The position numbers were made by a program, and so were the translations under genes. A stretch of 58,670 nucleotides of DNA, from positions 32,866 through 91,535 of the forward strand of contig MU271327.1 of assembly GCA_021432655.1 (NCBI GenBank), read 5' to 3'. Below, one piece after another: positions 12,987 through 24,656 of the stretch (position 1 is the first letter of the stretch; each line of letters opens with the position of its first letter). The notes below the pieces were generated by a model. The model was not told where the DNA came from. It ran no database searches and worked only from the letters and a program-made list of their open reading frames with translations. This stretch comes from Atractiella rhizophila (lineage: Eukaryota).

Positions 12987-14267
12987 TTACAAAAGCCTGC
13001 TCAATCTCCTCGTCCTGCGCTTATGCATTCTCTTCAGCCTCGCAGAGGCACTAGAAGGCGAGAGAACCATGTTCATCCCCAATCCAGGAGGACAACTTAG
13101 CCCAGCAGGCAGTTCCAGCTCTCCCGTCCACTGAAGTTCTTCTGTACATCGTTGAAATGAGGTGCCGAGGCAATTGAAGAGGTTAGCCGGTGCACACCCG
13201 TTGCTGAGGAGTGGTTGTGTGGTGTTAGAGGAAGTGCTGTCGACGGTGGACGTGGAAGTTTCTGAAGCAGAGGCAGAAGAGGCCGTAGTTGTTCCCGTGA
13301 CGGCGGATGCCACAGATTGTGACGCTGACGCCGTTGCGGTGGACGTCTCGCCTGTGGTCGAAGCTGAAGTCCCGGAAGTAGAATCAACGGCAGCCAGGCC
13401 GGAAATCTTCTTTCTCTTCGTCGTGGGACAAGATCCTTTGGCATCGCTTAGGTCAGATGTGCGCTGATCGACGTAGTCTCCAGGGTCGGGGAACTTCAAG
13501 TTCGTAGGCTCGATGGTCTGGCAGCAGCTGGTACATGAATCAACATTCCCTGGTACAAGTCGAGGATCTAAAGAGTCTGTGAGAATTTCAGGCATTGAAG
13601 AAGGGATAACAAACCTAGATTCGCGATGAACATCTCTGGAAACTCTTCATTGCCGTCCCCTCCATCTGTAACAGTGATGGGTGCACAGTTCATATACCTG
13701 TTTCGAGTGTCACATCTTCATCGAAGCTAAGCTATGGAAATAGCTCACATCTCACGGTTCCCGATTTTATTGAACCAGGTCCAAGCAAGAGTATAATTAC
13801 CAGAAGGAACGCTCTTTGGGATCTGAAACTGGAACTTATCCGCACCTACTGATCTCTCAGTCCATTCCCTCCAAACAAAAGAAGAAAAACGCACCGTTTC
13901 CAAAAGCATCATCCGGCAAGTTACCAGGAGCATTACTCGGACACTCTCCCAGGATAGAATGTATAACGCTCCACTGCGTCTTCTTATCCGGAAACTCATC
14001 CGTGGTCAAACTGATCTGGCAACTACCGCCACCATGGACCGCCGATCCCGTGAACGAAAGAGTTTGGTTCTCTCCCGCCCTGAAAACGTTTTCTTTCCTC
14101 GCCTCCTCTCCTTGTCGATATTGTCCAGCCGCGATTTTACAGGGAAAGTTCGTTCCTCCCGCGTCGAGGGGGAAGTTGTCAAAGTCGTCAAAGTTGTAGC
14201 GCACCGGCGTCTTGAGCATCATGTGCGCGGATGAGGTGGCGAATATGAGGAATGGAAGAAATATCAT
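12987..14267 (-). CDS. AA11 lytic polysaccharide monooxygenase (chitin-active type) with S/T linker and C-terminal Cys module
   Basis: Signal peptide then His1 (HMMLKTP); NFPCK; [39 protein letters not shown]; S/T-rich linker; 4-Cys C-terminal module. Confidence 0.9.
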
Positions 14268-15177
14268 CTTGATCGCCCTGTTTCTGTTTCTGTTTCGGTT
14301 CGGTAGGCGGTTTGGGTTTATTGTCGGCGCACTGCGGTTTCGTACTCGACGGAATGTGAGGTCTCAGACGAAGGAAACTGATTGGCCGCTCTTACTTTTA
14401 AAGGCGCGAGCAAGGGAGAAACACAAGCCTTGACATTGACGAAGGACAAGGAAAGGTCACGTGGCTTGGTGATGTAACAAGGGCATTGTCTCCTTTACCT
14501 CCAACCAAACACACAAAGCGCGAACAAATATATTTAGACCACATCCTTAACTGATTTGAATGCACCTGAAGACGAGCGAGAGCTACAATTAGCGATGAAG
14601 GAGACTCATTTATAGCACTTCAACTTCAACTCCGCTTGGACCTTTGATGGGCTACCTTGACATCTTTGTGTCAGCTGAAGGAAACCTTCTACCTTCCCTT
14701 AGACATTCAACAAACTAGAGTTTGTAGTCAACCTGATGCCCTCTTTAGATTATTCATATGCGACGCTGGATCATCGTCGCTAGTAATGAAAATGACTTCA
14801 CGAGCAGAACAACGCAATTTCGCTCATAAACAGTCGTTAATGGTTGCTGACAACTAATCTACAGCCATTTAGTAAGAGGAGATTGGTTACAGTATGTCGC
14901 CACACGAGAAGCAACCCTCAACAGTGCTTAGACATGGTTCGTAAATGTGAGACTTTTAGTCCATGGAGAGAAGATGCATTGTTCACAATCTCTGCCGAAT
15001 ACAACTGATTATACTAGATTATGCGAATATAAATGTGGTCTATGAACAAGACAAGGATGTCTACAAGCATGGCCTGCGATTCCGTCTCAAAGACGAGATG
15101 TCTAAGAATGCAACACATCGGCACAAGTCCAACATACATCAACAGGAGAGGACTGACTTGGCTTGTCGATCTCTCAC

Positions 15178-15795
15178 TCAGGGAGACACAGCACTGGTAG
15201 CAGACACTTCCTGCACCGTCTCCTCCTGCAATATCTCCACCGTCTCGCCCTCTCCCTGCTCGACCAACCATCCTCGCTTCACCACCTCCCCCTTCTCCCT
15301 CATCAAATCCTCCACCGTCCGACTCCCATACTGTCCCTCACCCGGCTCCACACCCAACCCTCCACTCTTCACCGTCTCGAAATACCCCAAATGGTCCGCA
15401 ATGAGATGGCGATTCCGACAACTCGGACAGCGGATGAGGACGACGCCTTTCTCGTACGATATTCGGGAGAAAGTGTGCGTCGAACGGTGGTTACAGCGGT
15501 CTAGCTGATTCGATGCAGAGGTGGCGGCGGAAGGTGATGGAGCGGGAGCCTGGGGAGCAGTGCATGTGAAGGTTATTTGGAGCTTTGAGGTCGGCAGCCG
15601 TGCAATGGGCGTGAATCCTTGGCGGCTCGAAGGCGTTTGGGAGACGTCGAAACGGCGCGAGGAGGGATGGAAATGGCGTGTTTGCCCTCCAAGTTGGGGG
15701 ATTGCACTGATGATTGCTGGTGGTGAGGCAGCAGAAGTACGAGACTGGAGGGTGCGAGCTGGTACTCTAAGTAAAGAGAATAGACGAGCGGACAT
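15178..15795 (-). CDS. ZIM17: DNL zinc-finger mitochondrial Hsp70 escort protein (Zim17/Hep1/Tim15)
   Basis: Arg/Ser-rich presequence; ITFTC...CNHRS...YEKGVVLIRCPSCRNRHLIADHLGYF; intronless. Confidence 0.92.
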   Translation of the reverse strand: MSARLFSLLRVPARTLQSRTSAASPPAIISAIPQLGGQTRHFHPSSRRFDVSQTPSSRQGFTPIARLPTSKLQITFTCTAPQAPAPSPSAATSASNQLDRCNHRSTHTFSRISYEKGVVLIRCPSCRNRHLIADHLGYFETVKSGGLGVEPGEGQYGSRTVEDLMREKGEVVKRGWLVEQGEGETVEILQEETVQEVSATSAVSP

Positions 15796-15824
15796 GCTGG
15801 CAGTGGCAGAGAAAGTTGAGAAAC

Positions 15825-16929
15825 CAAAGTGGCAGCTGTGAGGATGGATGGCAAAAAGGAAAAGGTCCGGAAACCTTACTCAAAAGGATGTGTCACGTGT
15901 TCCTCTGTGGCATGGTCTTAGCATTAGCTCACTGTATAACACATAATCACGCAAAGAGCAATTCTCGGCACTTCCCACAAGTATGAATGGTTTCCTGCAC
16001 GGAATGCAGATATAGTTACCTGGAGTTTTCATCAATACCTTCAAAACGCCGCCGAAGGTAGGCTGACATTCAATCTTTCACTCTGGATAAATCTCAAGGT
16101 GTGCAACGATGACAGTTAATCCGTCAAACCTGCTTCTTGAGGAGTGACAGAGCTGGGACTGTCACCTTTAGCGGCGGGGAGCGCTTGTCAATCCTGCCAG
16201 TTTCGCTCAACAGGCCACGCCGACTTGCCCATATCCAGCGGTCAAGAAAGAGCACACCTCAGTTATCCTGGTATATCCATATGCTGATGGTAAAGCATTT
16301 TGCATGGCGCATAAATCAGATCACACGAATCATCAAAGTTGGATGGCATATCCGTCCCCTCCACTCACAGAATCAAAGTGGCAGCTGTGAGGATGGATGG
16401 CAAAAAGGAAAAAGGTCCGGGAACCTTACTCAAATTGTCACGTGTTGCTTTTGTAGCTTGCGCTCTAGCTTCCTGTATTGTCCAATACTCACGCGAAGAG
16501 CAATCCTCGACACTTCCTACAAGAAGTATGAATGGTTCCCTACACGGAATGCAGATATAGTTACCTGAAGTTTTAATCTGATACCTTCAAAACGCCGCTT
16601 AAGGTAGGTTGTCAGTGGAGGAGCCGACATCCACTCTGGTCTGAATCTCAAAAGTGTGCAAGAGTGACCGTTAAGCAGTCAAAACGTGGTGCATGAGGAG
16701 TGACAGAGCAGGGACTGTCACCTTTAGCAGCGCGGAGCGCTCGTCAATCCAGGCAGTTTCGCTCACACAGGCCACGCCGACTTGCCCATATCCATATCCA
16801 GCGATCAAGGAAGAGCACACCTCAGTTATCCCGTTATATCCATATGCTGATGGTAAAGCATTTTGCATGGCGCATAAATCAGATCACACGAATCATCAAA
16901 GTTGGATGGCATATCCGTCCCCTCCACTC
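15825..16929. repeat. Tandem direct duplication of about 550 bp covering the RPL37-ZIM17 intergenic region
   Basis: Copy 1 is 15825-16366 and copy 2 is 16374-16929. Both start CAAAGTGGCAGCTGTGAGGATGGATGGC and end GGCATATCCGTCCCCTCCACTC; they differ by substitutions and indels. Confidence 0.9.
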
Positions 16930-16941
16930 CCTCCTGGCACT

Positions 16942-17524
16942 TTACTCTTCAGCAGCAGCCTTTGGTTTGCGCGTTGCTACTGTTCCCTCTCGGAATCCAT
17001 TCTATTCACAATCGCGCATCGTCAGCTTCTTTCCGATTGGGTTGGAGAGGTAGAGTAATGTAGGGAAATAGGAAGAGGATGTTGAATGGAAGGGGAGACA
17101 GCATAAAGGATAGAGCTAACCTTGAACCGCCTGCTGACATCCTTCAAATACCTCATCCTTCCAGTACCAGTCGTCTTTCGGCGCTTGGCCTTTTGTCCCC
17201 ACTCATCTATTCATCCCAGTCACACCATCAGTCCTCCACCATCACTGTCGGGTCGGAAGCAGGGACACGAACAAGATCGGATCTTGGCGGAAGGGTAGCC
17301 GCACGAGGCGCAAGCTGTTTCTGTATTCAGCTCAGAAATTAAAGATGGCAGAGATGCGTACTCTTGTGCTGCTTGTGGAAGCAGCGCCTACCGCAACGAC
17401 GGCAGAGCGTGTGAGTCTTGGAGTGCCTCTTACCGAACGAGCTCGTTCCCTTAGTCTATCACCACCACACAACCAACCATTTATTCCGTCCTTATTCTTG
17501 CCAAATAGAAGGAAGACGTACCAT
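16942..17524 (-). CDS. RPL37: 60S ribosomal protein L37 (eL37), 5 exons; first coding exon is ATG only
   Basis: [81 protein letters not shown]...EE-stop. Confidence 0.97.
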
Positions 17525-17652
17525 TGTGTATCGAAAACCTTACCGTCAAAGAGGGAGGGAGAGAATGTAGGGTCAAAGGAAGAAAAACAAAAGCCATCGG
17601 CCTTCAAGCCCGATCCCGGATATCCAGACTTTCTTGCCGCTCGGAAAGCAGT

Positions 17653-17671
17653 AGAGTTAGGGTTGTGGCTG
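17653..17671 (+). promoter_or_regulatory. Homol E / Homol D-like ribosomal-protein promoter element in a bidirectional promoter
   Basis: AGAGTTAGGGT immediately followed by TGTGGCTG (one mismatch to Homol D TGTGACTG), between divergent RPL37 and ubiquitin-S27a. Confidence 0.5.
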
Positions 17672-17847
17672 TTGAATTTTCGTCTGACAGGAACAGGAAC
17701 GACGCCATCGCCAAAGGAAACCACTGAGGATCTCTTTTTCGCTCTTTGTGAAGAGGAAAAAGAGTAGGGGAGTCTTTTGGTACGTTTCGACTTTATTAGG
17801 GCACAGAAGGGATGGCTTATAGGATGGCGACTGAGTAGTAGCCCATC

Positions 17848-18525
<678 letters not shown>

Positions 18526-18945
18526 ACATTCGTTGTTTGCATGGGTCGGCGGGAGGAGAGAGTATGCTAGCATGCGCAGTTGAACATATATGTCTTATGC
18601 AATCCACTTTCATCTCATCCTCCAAACTCGTTCATGTTGTTTAGCTTTGTTGTTCGTCCATCGCTTTCCTCCACAAGGTGTTCGGTCAGGCGTCTCCTTA
18701 TAAGACTGATCACTTCACTGCTTTCGTGGCCCAACACTCCATCCATCACACTATCCACTGCTGTGTCCTCTTGTTCTTTTCTACAAGACAAAGTTCCTCA
18801 TTACTTCTGCTTGAAAGTCGGCCCGTCACGGAAGAACTCGGGAAACCGCCCACTTAAAAGAGGAGTGCAATAACTGTCACGACAACCATCGCTCTGATAG
18901 CATATCCTACCCAACCAGTCCTACGCAAAACAACGACAGTCAGAC

Positions 18946-20505
18946 ATGGGAGCCCTCGACATCGTACCCGTAAGTTCCTCGAGCCTCCATCTTGTTCGGA
19001 TTGAGATCGATCACTGATCGCTTGCTTGTTTTGATAGGCGTAAGTTGTTGCTGCCCTTCAATCGCACATAGCCTTGATGAGATTGCGAGGCAGAGGAGTT
19101 GTTACGGGAAAGAACCTCGTGAAGCTATTTGAATTTGCGCGAAAAGAGCAGGTGCGTCCCTTTCCCCTTTCCTCTCCACATCAATTTGATGTCAAAATCT
19201 TAATCGACCCTCTCCCATTAGTTCGCCATCCCCGCCTTCGTTCGTGCCCTACTTTGCTCTCCAAATCAACCTTTCTGAACGAGGAACGGTCTATGTAGAA
19301 TGTTACCTCCTCTTCCACAGTTGTAGCGGCTCTCGAAGGAGCACGGGAGGCAAAGGCACCCATCATTCTTCAGGTGTCCCAAGGCGGAGCTGCCTTCTTC
19401 GGTGGAAAGGGACTCAAGAACGACAAACAACAAGGATCCATCGCTGGCGCCGTTGCCGCTGCACATTACATCCGCGCCATCGCGCCGTCATATGGAATCC
19501 CAGTAGTTATTCACAGCGATCATTGCGCGAAGAAACTTTTGCCTTGGTTCGACGGTCAGTCTCTTGTTGTGCTTTTGGTGTTTGTATTCAGCTTTCATGG
19601 TTGGATAGGAATGTTGGAGGCTGATGAGGAGTACTATAAAACTCACAAGGAACCTCTTTTCTCCAGCCACATGCTCGATCTGTCGGAAGAGTCGAAGGAA
19701 GAGAATATTGAGATCTGCGAGAAGTACCTTGCTCGAATGGCCAAGGTTGATCTCTGGCTCGAAATGGAGATCGGTATCACTGGTGGCGTTCGTGTTTCCT
19801 TTCCAATGCCCTCGCTCCTCAACCAGTTGATGGATTCTGACAGGAGGAAGACGGAGTTGACAACACCGGTGTCGACAACGCCTCCTTGTACACCCAACCA
19901 GAAGACATCTGGGACATCTATTCTCGTCTCTCCAAAATCTCTCCCTGCTTCTCCATTGCCGCAGCTTTCGGAAACGTTCACGGAGTCTACAAGCCAGGAA
20001 ACGTGAGGCTGCACCCTGAGCTCCTCGCCAAACATCAGGCCTTCGTTAAGGAGAAACTTCAAGGAAAGGACGACAGGCCCGTTGCGCTCGTCTTCCATGG
20101 TGGAAGTGGTAGCACTAAGGAGGAGATCAAGACTGCAGTCGGCAATGGAGTTGTTAAAATGAACATTGACAGTATGTCCTTTCCTTTGGCTGAGGTTAGG
20201 GACGGGATACTAATGCACACTGCTCTATCAATAGCTGACACTCAATGGGCGTACATGGTTGGATTTAGGGATTACTTCAAGAAGAAGGAAGGCTATCTCG
20301 CTACTCAAGTCGGCAACCCCGACGGTGCTGATAAGCCAAATAAGAAGTTCTACGATCCCAGAGGTTTGTCGCCGCTTCTTTTCCTTCCTTGTTTTTTTAT
20401 GCTAATCCATTGGGCCGTGTAGTTTGGGTCAGGGAGGGAGAGGTGACCATGAAAGAAAGGGTGATTGAAGCTTGCAAGGACCTTGGAAACGTCAATCGGC
20501 TTTGA
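18946..20505 (+). CDS. FBA1: Fructose-bisphosphate aldolase class II
   Basis: MGALDIVPAGVVTG...FAIPAFNVTSS; HSDHCAKKLLPWFDG; FSSHMLDLSEE; EIGITGGEEDG; AFGNVHGVYKPG; VFHGGSGS; KKFYDPRVWVREGE. Confidence 0.98.
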
Positions 20506-20834
20506 TTTGAATTGTTCTGAGTGTGATAGCTGTTTCAGAAAGGATTCATGTATTTGTTTGGTCAAGATGAATCTTGTATCGATGTCTCTAAATATCAAAG
20601 CAAAATGAAATCAACTTATTGAATATTGAATAAGCATCGTTCTGCACCGTCGAAAGAGAGACGAGTCAATCACCAAATCGCCTCTGGACGTAGTAGAAAC
20701 ATAATTGATGGAAGATAATGCATATAATATCCATGGAACGAAGTGTGAGATGGGTATAGTGTACATCAATGTGAATGTATGAAATGCGAAGAAATGATGC
20801 CGTTGACGATATAAGTGAATGCTGCCGCAAATAA

Positions 20835-23800
20835 TCAGAGATGCGACACAGGCTCCTTTGGCGCTTCGTCAGGTAGCAGGGATTTGATAAAAGCTTCGGC
20901 GCTTGGTTCGCGACCCAAGAACGCTTTCAGAGATTCCATCTCATCGCGTGACGAACCTGGAAGCAGAATTTCCCTGCGGTAATGTTTCCCCTGTGTCAAT
21001 GTAAGTGATTATCAACAGCGCCTAAGTAGAAAGGTACCTTCTCAGGATCCATGGGGTTGGAGGAGAAGACCGCTTGGAACATGTCGGTTGAGAACACTTG
21101 TGAATAGAGATAGCCATAGTATCCCACGTCGTAACCTGAATGAAATCGGTTTGACGCGCGCAAACATTCTAACACAAGCCTTACCTCCTCCGATGACATG
21201 CAAAAATGACCCAAAACCAGCAGTTCTAAATTTCGTAGTTAGAACAACCACATGCCAACAGCATACTACAAACCTGTCACTGTTATCCTGTAAACAAAGC
21301 TCGTTCCTTAGAGAATCCCAGAGCTCTGCAAAATCTGAAACACTGTAATCACTGTGAATCTACACCAGATCCCTCAGTAAACGAAAACCGAGAAGAGTAG
21401 ATTGAACACACCCTCATATCGAAGAGGCCGAACGAGAGTTGGCGGAGGTTCATAAGAGCTTGTCCAATTTTGCGACTCTTCAGCAGCTTCTCGATCTGCT
21501 CATCGGGTAGAGGTTCTCCAGTTTCATAATGGGAAGACATCATCTTGAGCTCTTTCTTTGACCAACACCTGCTATACAGTTAGGAACAGGTCTCTGTCAT
21601 TGAAGGACTCACCAGTTCTCAAGCATTTGAGATGGAGCCTAAAGGACATGAGCAAGGAGCAAGATACCAGGAGCCTGCATACCTCAACGAAGTCCATGAC
21701 TAGCACGATCTCAACAAAAAAAACTTATCAACAATGTCACTACTCACCTGTGCGACATCCCTGGAACTTTGCATACTTCGTCCGCGAGCAGAGATTGTGG
21801 AAGGCATGTCCCATCTCGTCTTTACTCCCAGCAATCAGAAGCGGCTGTAGCGCAAACAAGTTGAACGTACGGAAAAAGGTTACAACGTCGTCATGTTTCA
21901 TCAGAGCAGGTTTGTCGCCGGATGGTTTCGCAAGATTCGCGACCTGAGCAGTCACGACATGGTTCAGGGAGCCATCTTGCTTTTCGAATCCTGGAGTAAT
22001 TTGGAAAACCTGCATGGACGTCAGTACTCAGGTTAAAATGTCGTAATGTGCGTACAGCAGCATGAGGATATTTATTGGGACGAGGCTGTTCAAAGGAGGT
22101 TAGAACGAGCGACCAGGGGGTTGACACGAACATATAGGTCCAGATAGAGATATCCTAAGAATTCCCCTTTACCAGTTGACGCAGAATCCCAGACCTCGTA
22201 GGCAAGCACATCCTTCTGCCATATCCGCCCAGGGGTATCGGCTGCAATCTCAAAGAACCGCACACCAAGCATTGTTTGATACATCTCAAGAATCTTTGGA
22301 ACCACCTTCAGCACCGGAAAGTATTCTTGGATCAGGTTTTCGTCTACAGGAAAATCCCACATGTCAGCGAGAATTGAATGTTTAACAGTGGTGGAAAAGA
22401 CATACCTAAATCCAACGACTTTTTCAGGTTGAGTTTGGCGTAGTACCTCCAATCCCAACTATACATCTTCCCGTCAAACTGCCACCCATTCTCCTTATAC
22501 TCCTCCTCCTTTAATTTCAACAACACCTTCTTCTCCTCTGCACCCAGCGGCAGCAGTCGCTTCTTCAAATCGTGCAGAAAGCTGTGAACAGCATCGGGAT
22601 GCTTGGCCATCTTCTCTTCGAGCACAAAGTGCGCGTGAGTTTCGTATCCCAGAAGTGAAGCCACCTCTCGACGGAGCTTGAAGATCTTCTCTGCAATCGG
22701 ACAGTTCGCTGCCAGTCGGTTTTCGTACGTCATGAAAGCATGTTTGCGAGTGGCAGGTATGCGACAGTTGGACATGACTGCCAGCTGGTCGGTCGTCTGG
22801 AAAACAACATCGTCAGCGCCAAAGATAAGATGTTGGGCGAGAAGCACCTTGTTGGTCACTTTGAGCTTCTCGACTCCTCCGTCTGCAACCTTGTCAAAGC
22901 CTTGAATGGCGTAATCGGGTACTCCAGCGAGTTCCTTCATGAATGTCAGATCATCACTACGGCACGAAGATTTGCATACCTCCTTTGTGAAGAGGGAAAA
23001 CCCATTCTCCTCATTGTAGTTCTTGCGTGTCTGAAGCTCGAGCTCATTGAGTTCCTTTTGAAGCTAAGCCAATTGTGAACACAACATTCAACGCCAGTCA
23101 AAAATGAAGGCACATACCGTCTTCAACTTCTCAAGCTGCTCATCCTCCAAGTCCAATCCCATTCTCTTTCGTTCCAACAAAAGCTTTTCCATCAACCTAC
23201 TGCTCTCCTTATCCAGCTTCTCGACATCTGTATTCTTCTCCGCATTCTTCAACGCACGATAGACATCCTTCCTCAAAGTAGAAACAAGTTCGTGATCCCT
23301 TATCTTGCGCTCCACTTCCGTCGAGGCATCCCTTATTTCTTCGGACTCTGAGACGTTCTGATAGAAGTCGAGAGGACACAGCTTGCTCTCTAACTCTGCT
23401 TGATCAAAAGCGAGCGGAAGAACAACGCTGGAGAATGTGCAGTCTTCAGGTTTGAGGGAGGCAATCTTGTCGAGAGTAGCGGTGGACTTGGAGATGACCT
23501 CTGAAGCCAGCTTCTCGATCTCGTCCACTGAATGATTCCAACGAGGGGGTGCTTGAGGGGGCGAGGGTTCTGTGTGCCAAATGTTCCAGCTCCAAGGTAG
23601 AAGAGCAGAAAGTAGGGAAGACAGACGATTAGCCATAGGTATGTTTTCCAAAAAGGAATATGGGGCCAGAGTGGCGTATGTTCGGCTACTGATAAAGGAG
23701 GGGTTGGCAGCGCTGCGACGAGCTAAGTATATAACAGGGAGGGGAGAGATATTTTAGCAGGCGGTCCAGGGGATACGGGATATTAGATGGTGAGAAAAGT

Positions 23801-23968
23801 AATACCTAGAGTATGGGTCTGTATGTTTCTTCTTGCTGTCGCAGCCGAGTTCACTTGACGCAGTCTTGTCCAACCTGTCGAACTCGTGGAATAACAACTC
23901 GGACTCAGAGGAGCGCGCGTTGAGAAGTTCGATGTGATTTTTAGGAGCTGCCGACCGCGGGGTAACAT
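20835..23968 (-). CDS. PRD1: M3 metallopeptidase (thimet oligopeptidase/saccharolysin, Prd1-like)
   Basis: PPQAPPRWNHS; WDWRYY; GYLYLDL; KYPHAA; spliced FHEMGHAFH; DFVEAPSQMLENW; GYYGYLYSQVFS; ends ...KEPVSHL-stop. In-frame ATGs at 23968 and 23636. Confidence 0.92.
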
Positions 23969-24145
23969 TTTGAGGCTGGCCTGGTTGGGATTACGATGGG
24001 TCGCGTCGTCGTAAGGCGGGATGAGTCCTGGCCCTTCTTCCGTTTAATTTGATACCCACAAAATGATGCAAGCTAGAGTCCTGAGTTATCCCTTCTCCTT
24101 CGAAAGTTCTTGTTTGCCTTGTCGTCGTGTCACGTCTCAAATTTC

Positions 24146-24365
24146 AAAAGCAAGCTGACGGCGGGAATCGAACCATCCACCGCAAACAGTGACAACCGTT
24201 ATTTGATGCAAACAGTGACAACCGTTATTTGATGCAAACAGTGACAACCGTTATCTGATGCAAACAGTGACAACCGTTACTTGATGCAAACAGTGACAAC
24301 CGTTACTTGTTGCAAACAGTGACAACCGTTACTTGACGTCATTACTCCACCTTCCCGCTCCCATG
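24146..24365 (-). other. tRNA-like or SINE-like relic flanking the minisatellite
   Basis: On the minus strand the array is followed by GGTTCGATTCC (B-box/T-loop, 24164-24174), CGTCAGC and TTTT (24146-24149). The T-stem is mismatched and there is no intact anticodon arm. Confidence 0.45.
24182..24336. repeat. Minisatellite, 26-bp unit x6
   Basis: Unit GCAAACAGTGACAACCGTTA(T/C)TTGAT at 24182, 24208, 24234, 24260, 24286 and 24312, with no spacers. Confidence 0.97.
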
Positions 24366-24656
24366 TGCTTTGTCATTCACAATAATCCAAAATGTCATCA
24401 AGAGATACGGCAGAGGAACGTCCTTGCAGCTGCCAACGTGCTCAGCAGTAACAAAATCAGGTTCTAGAAGAAGTGAATAATCACTGAATGGCCGTATGAC
24501 AGAATGCTTGCCCTTTTTTGCCCTTCATCCTCCCTCTGACGGATAAGGGCACGAAATGACTAGCTGAAATGGAAGAACAGGTTCAATAAAATCACATCAT
24601 CGCAGCACGAATGTCGCTTTGTTTCATTGAAGCAATAAGTTTAGAGAGAAGTATAA

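Noticed and set aside
9871..15795. Secondary-metabolite or secreted-enzyme gene cluster (M64, AA11 and neighbours)
   Set aside because: No backbone synthase is present, and the genes are interleaved with unrelated housekeeping genes (zf-HIT, ZIM17).
16259..16335. Box C/D snoRNA candidate on the minus strand (TGATGA...CTGA...CTGA, about 78 nt, present in both duplicates)
   Set aside because: Box C lacks the leading purine, there is no convincing terminal stem, I could not identify a perfect rRNA-complementary guide, and the second copy lies in the RPL37 3'UTR region. A snoscan run would settle it.
24182..24336. CRISPR-like array
   Set aside because: Units are directly adjacent with no unique spacers, there are no cas genes, and the context is eukaryotic.
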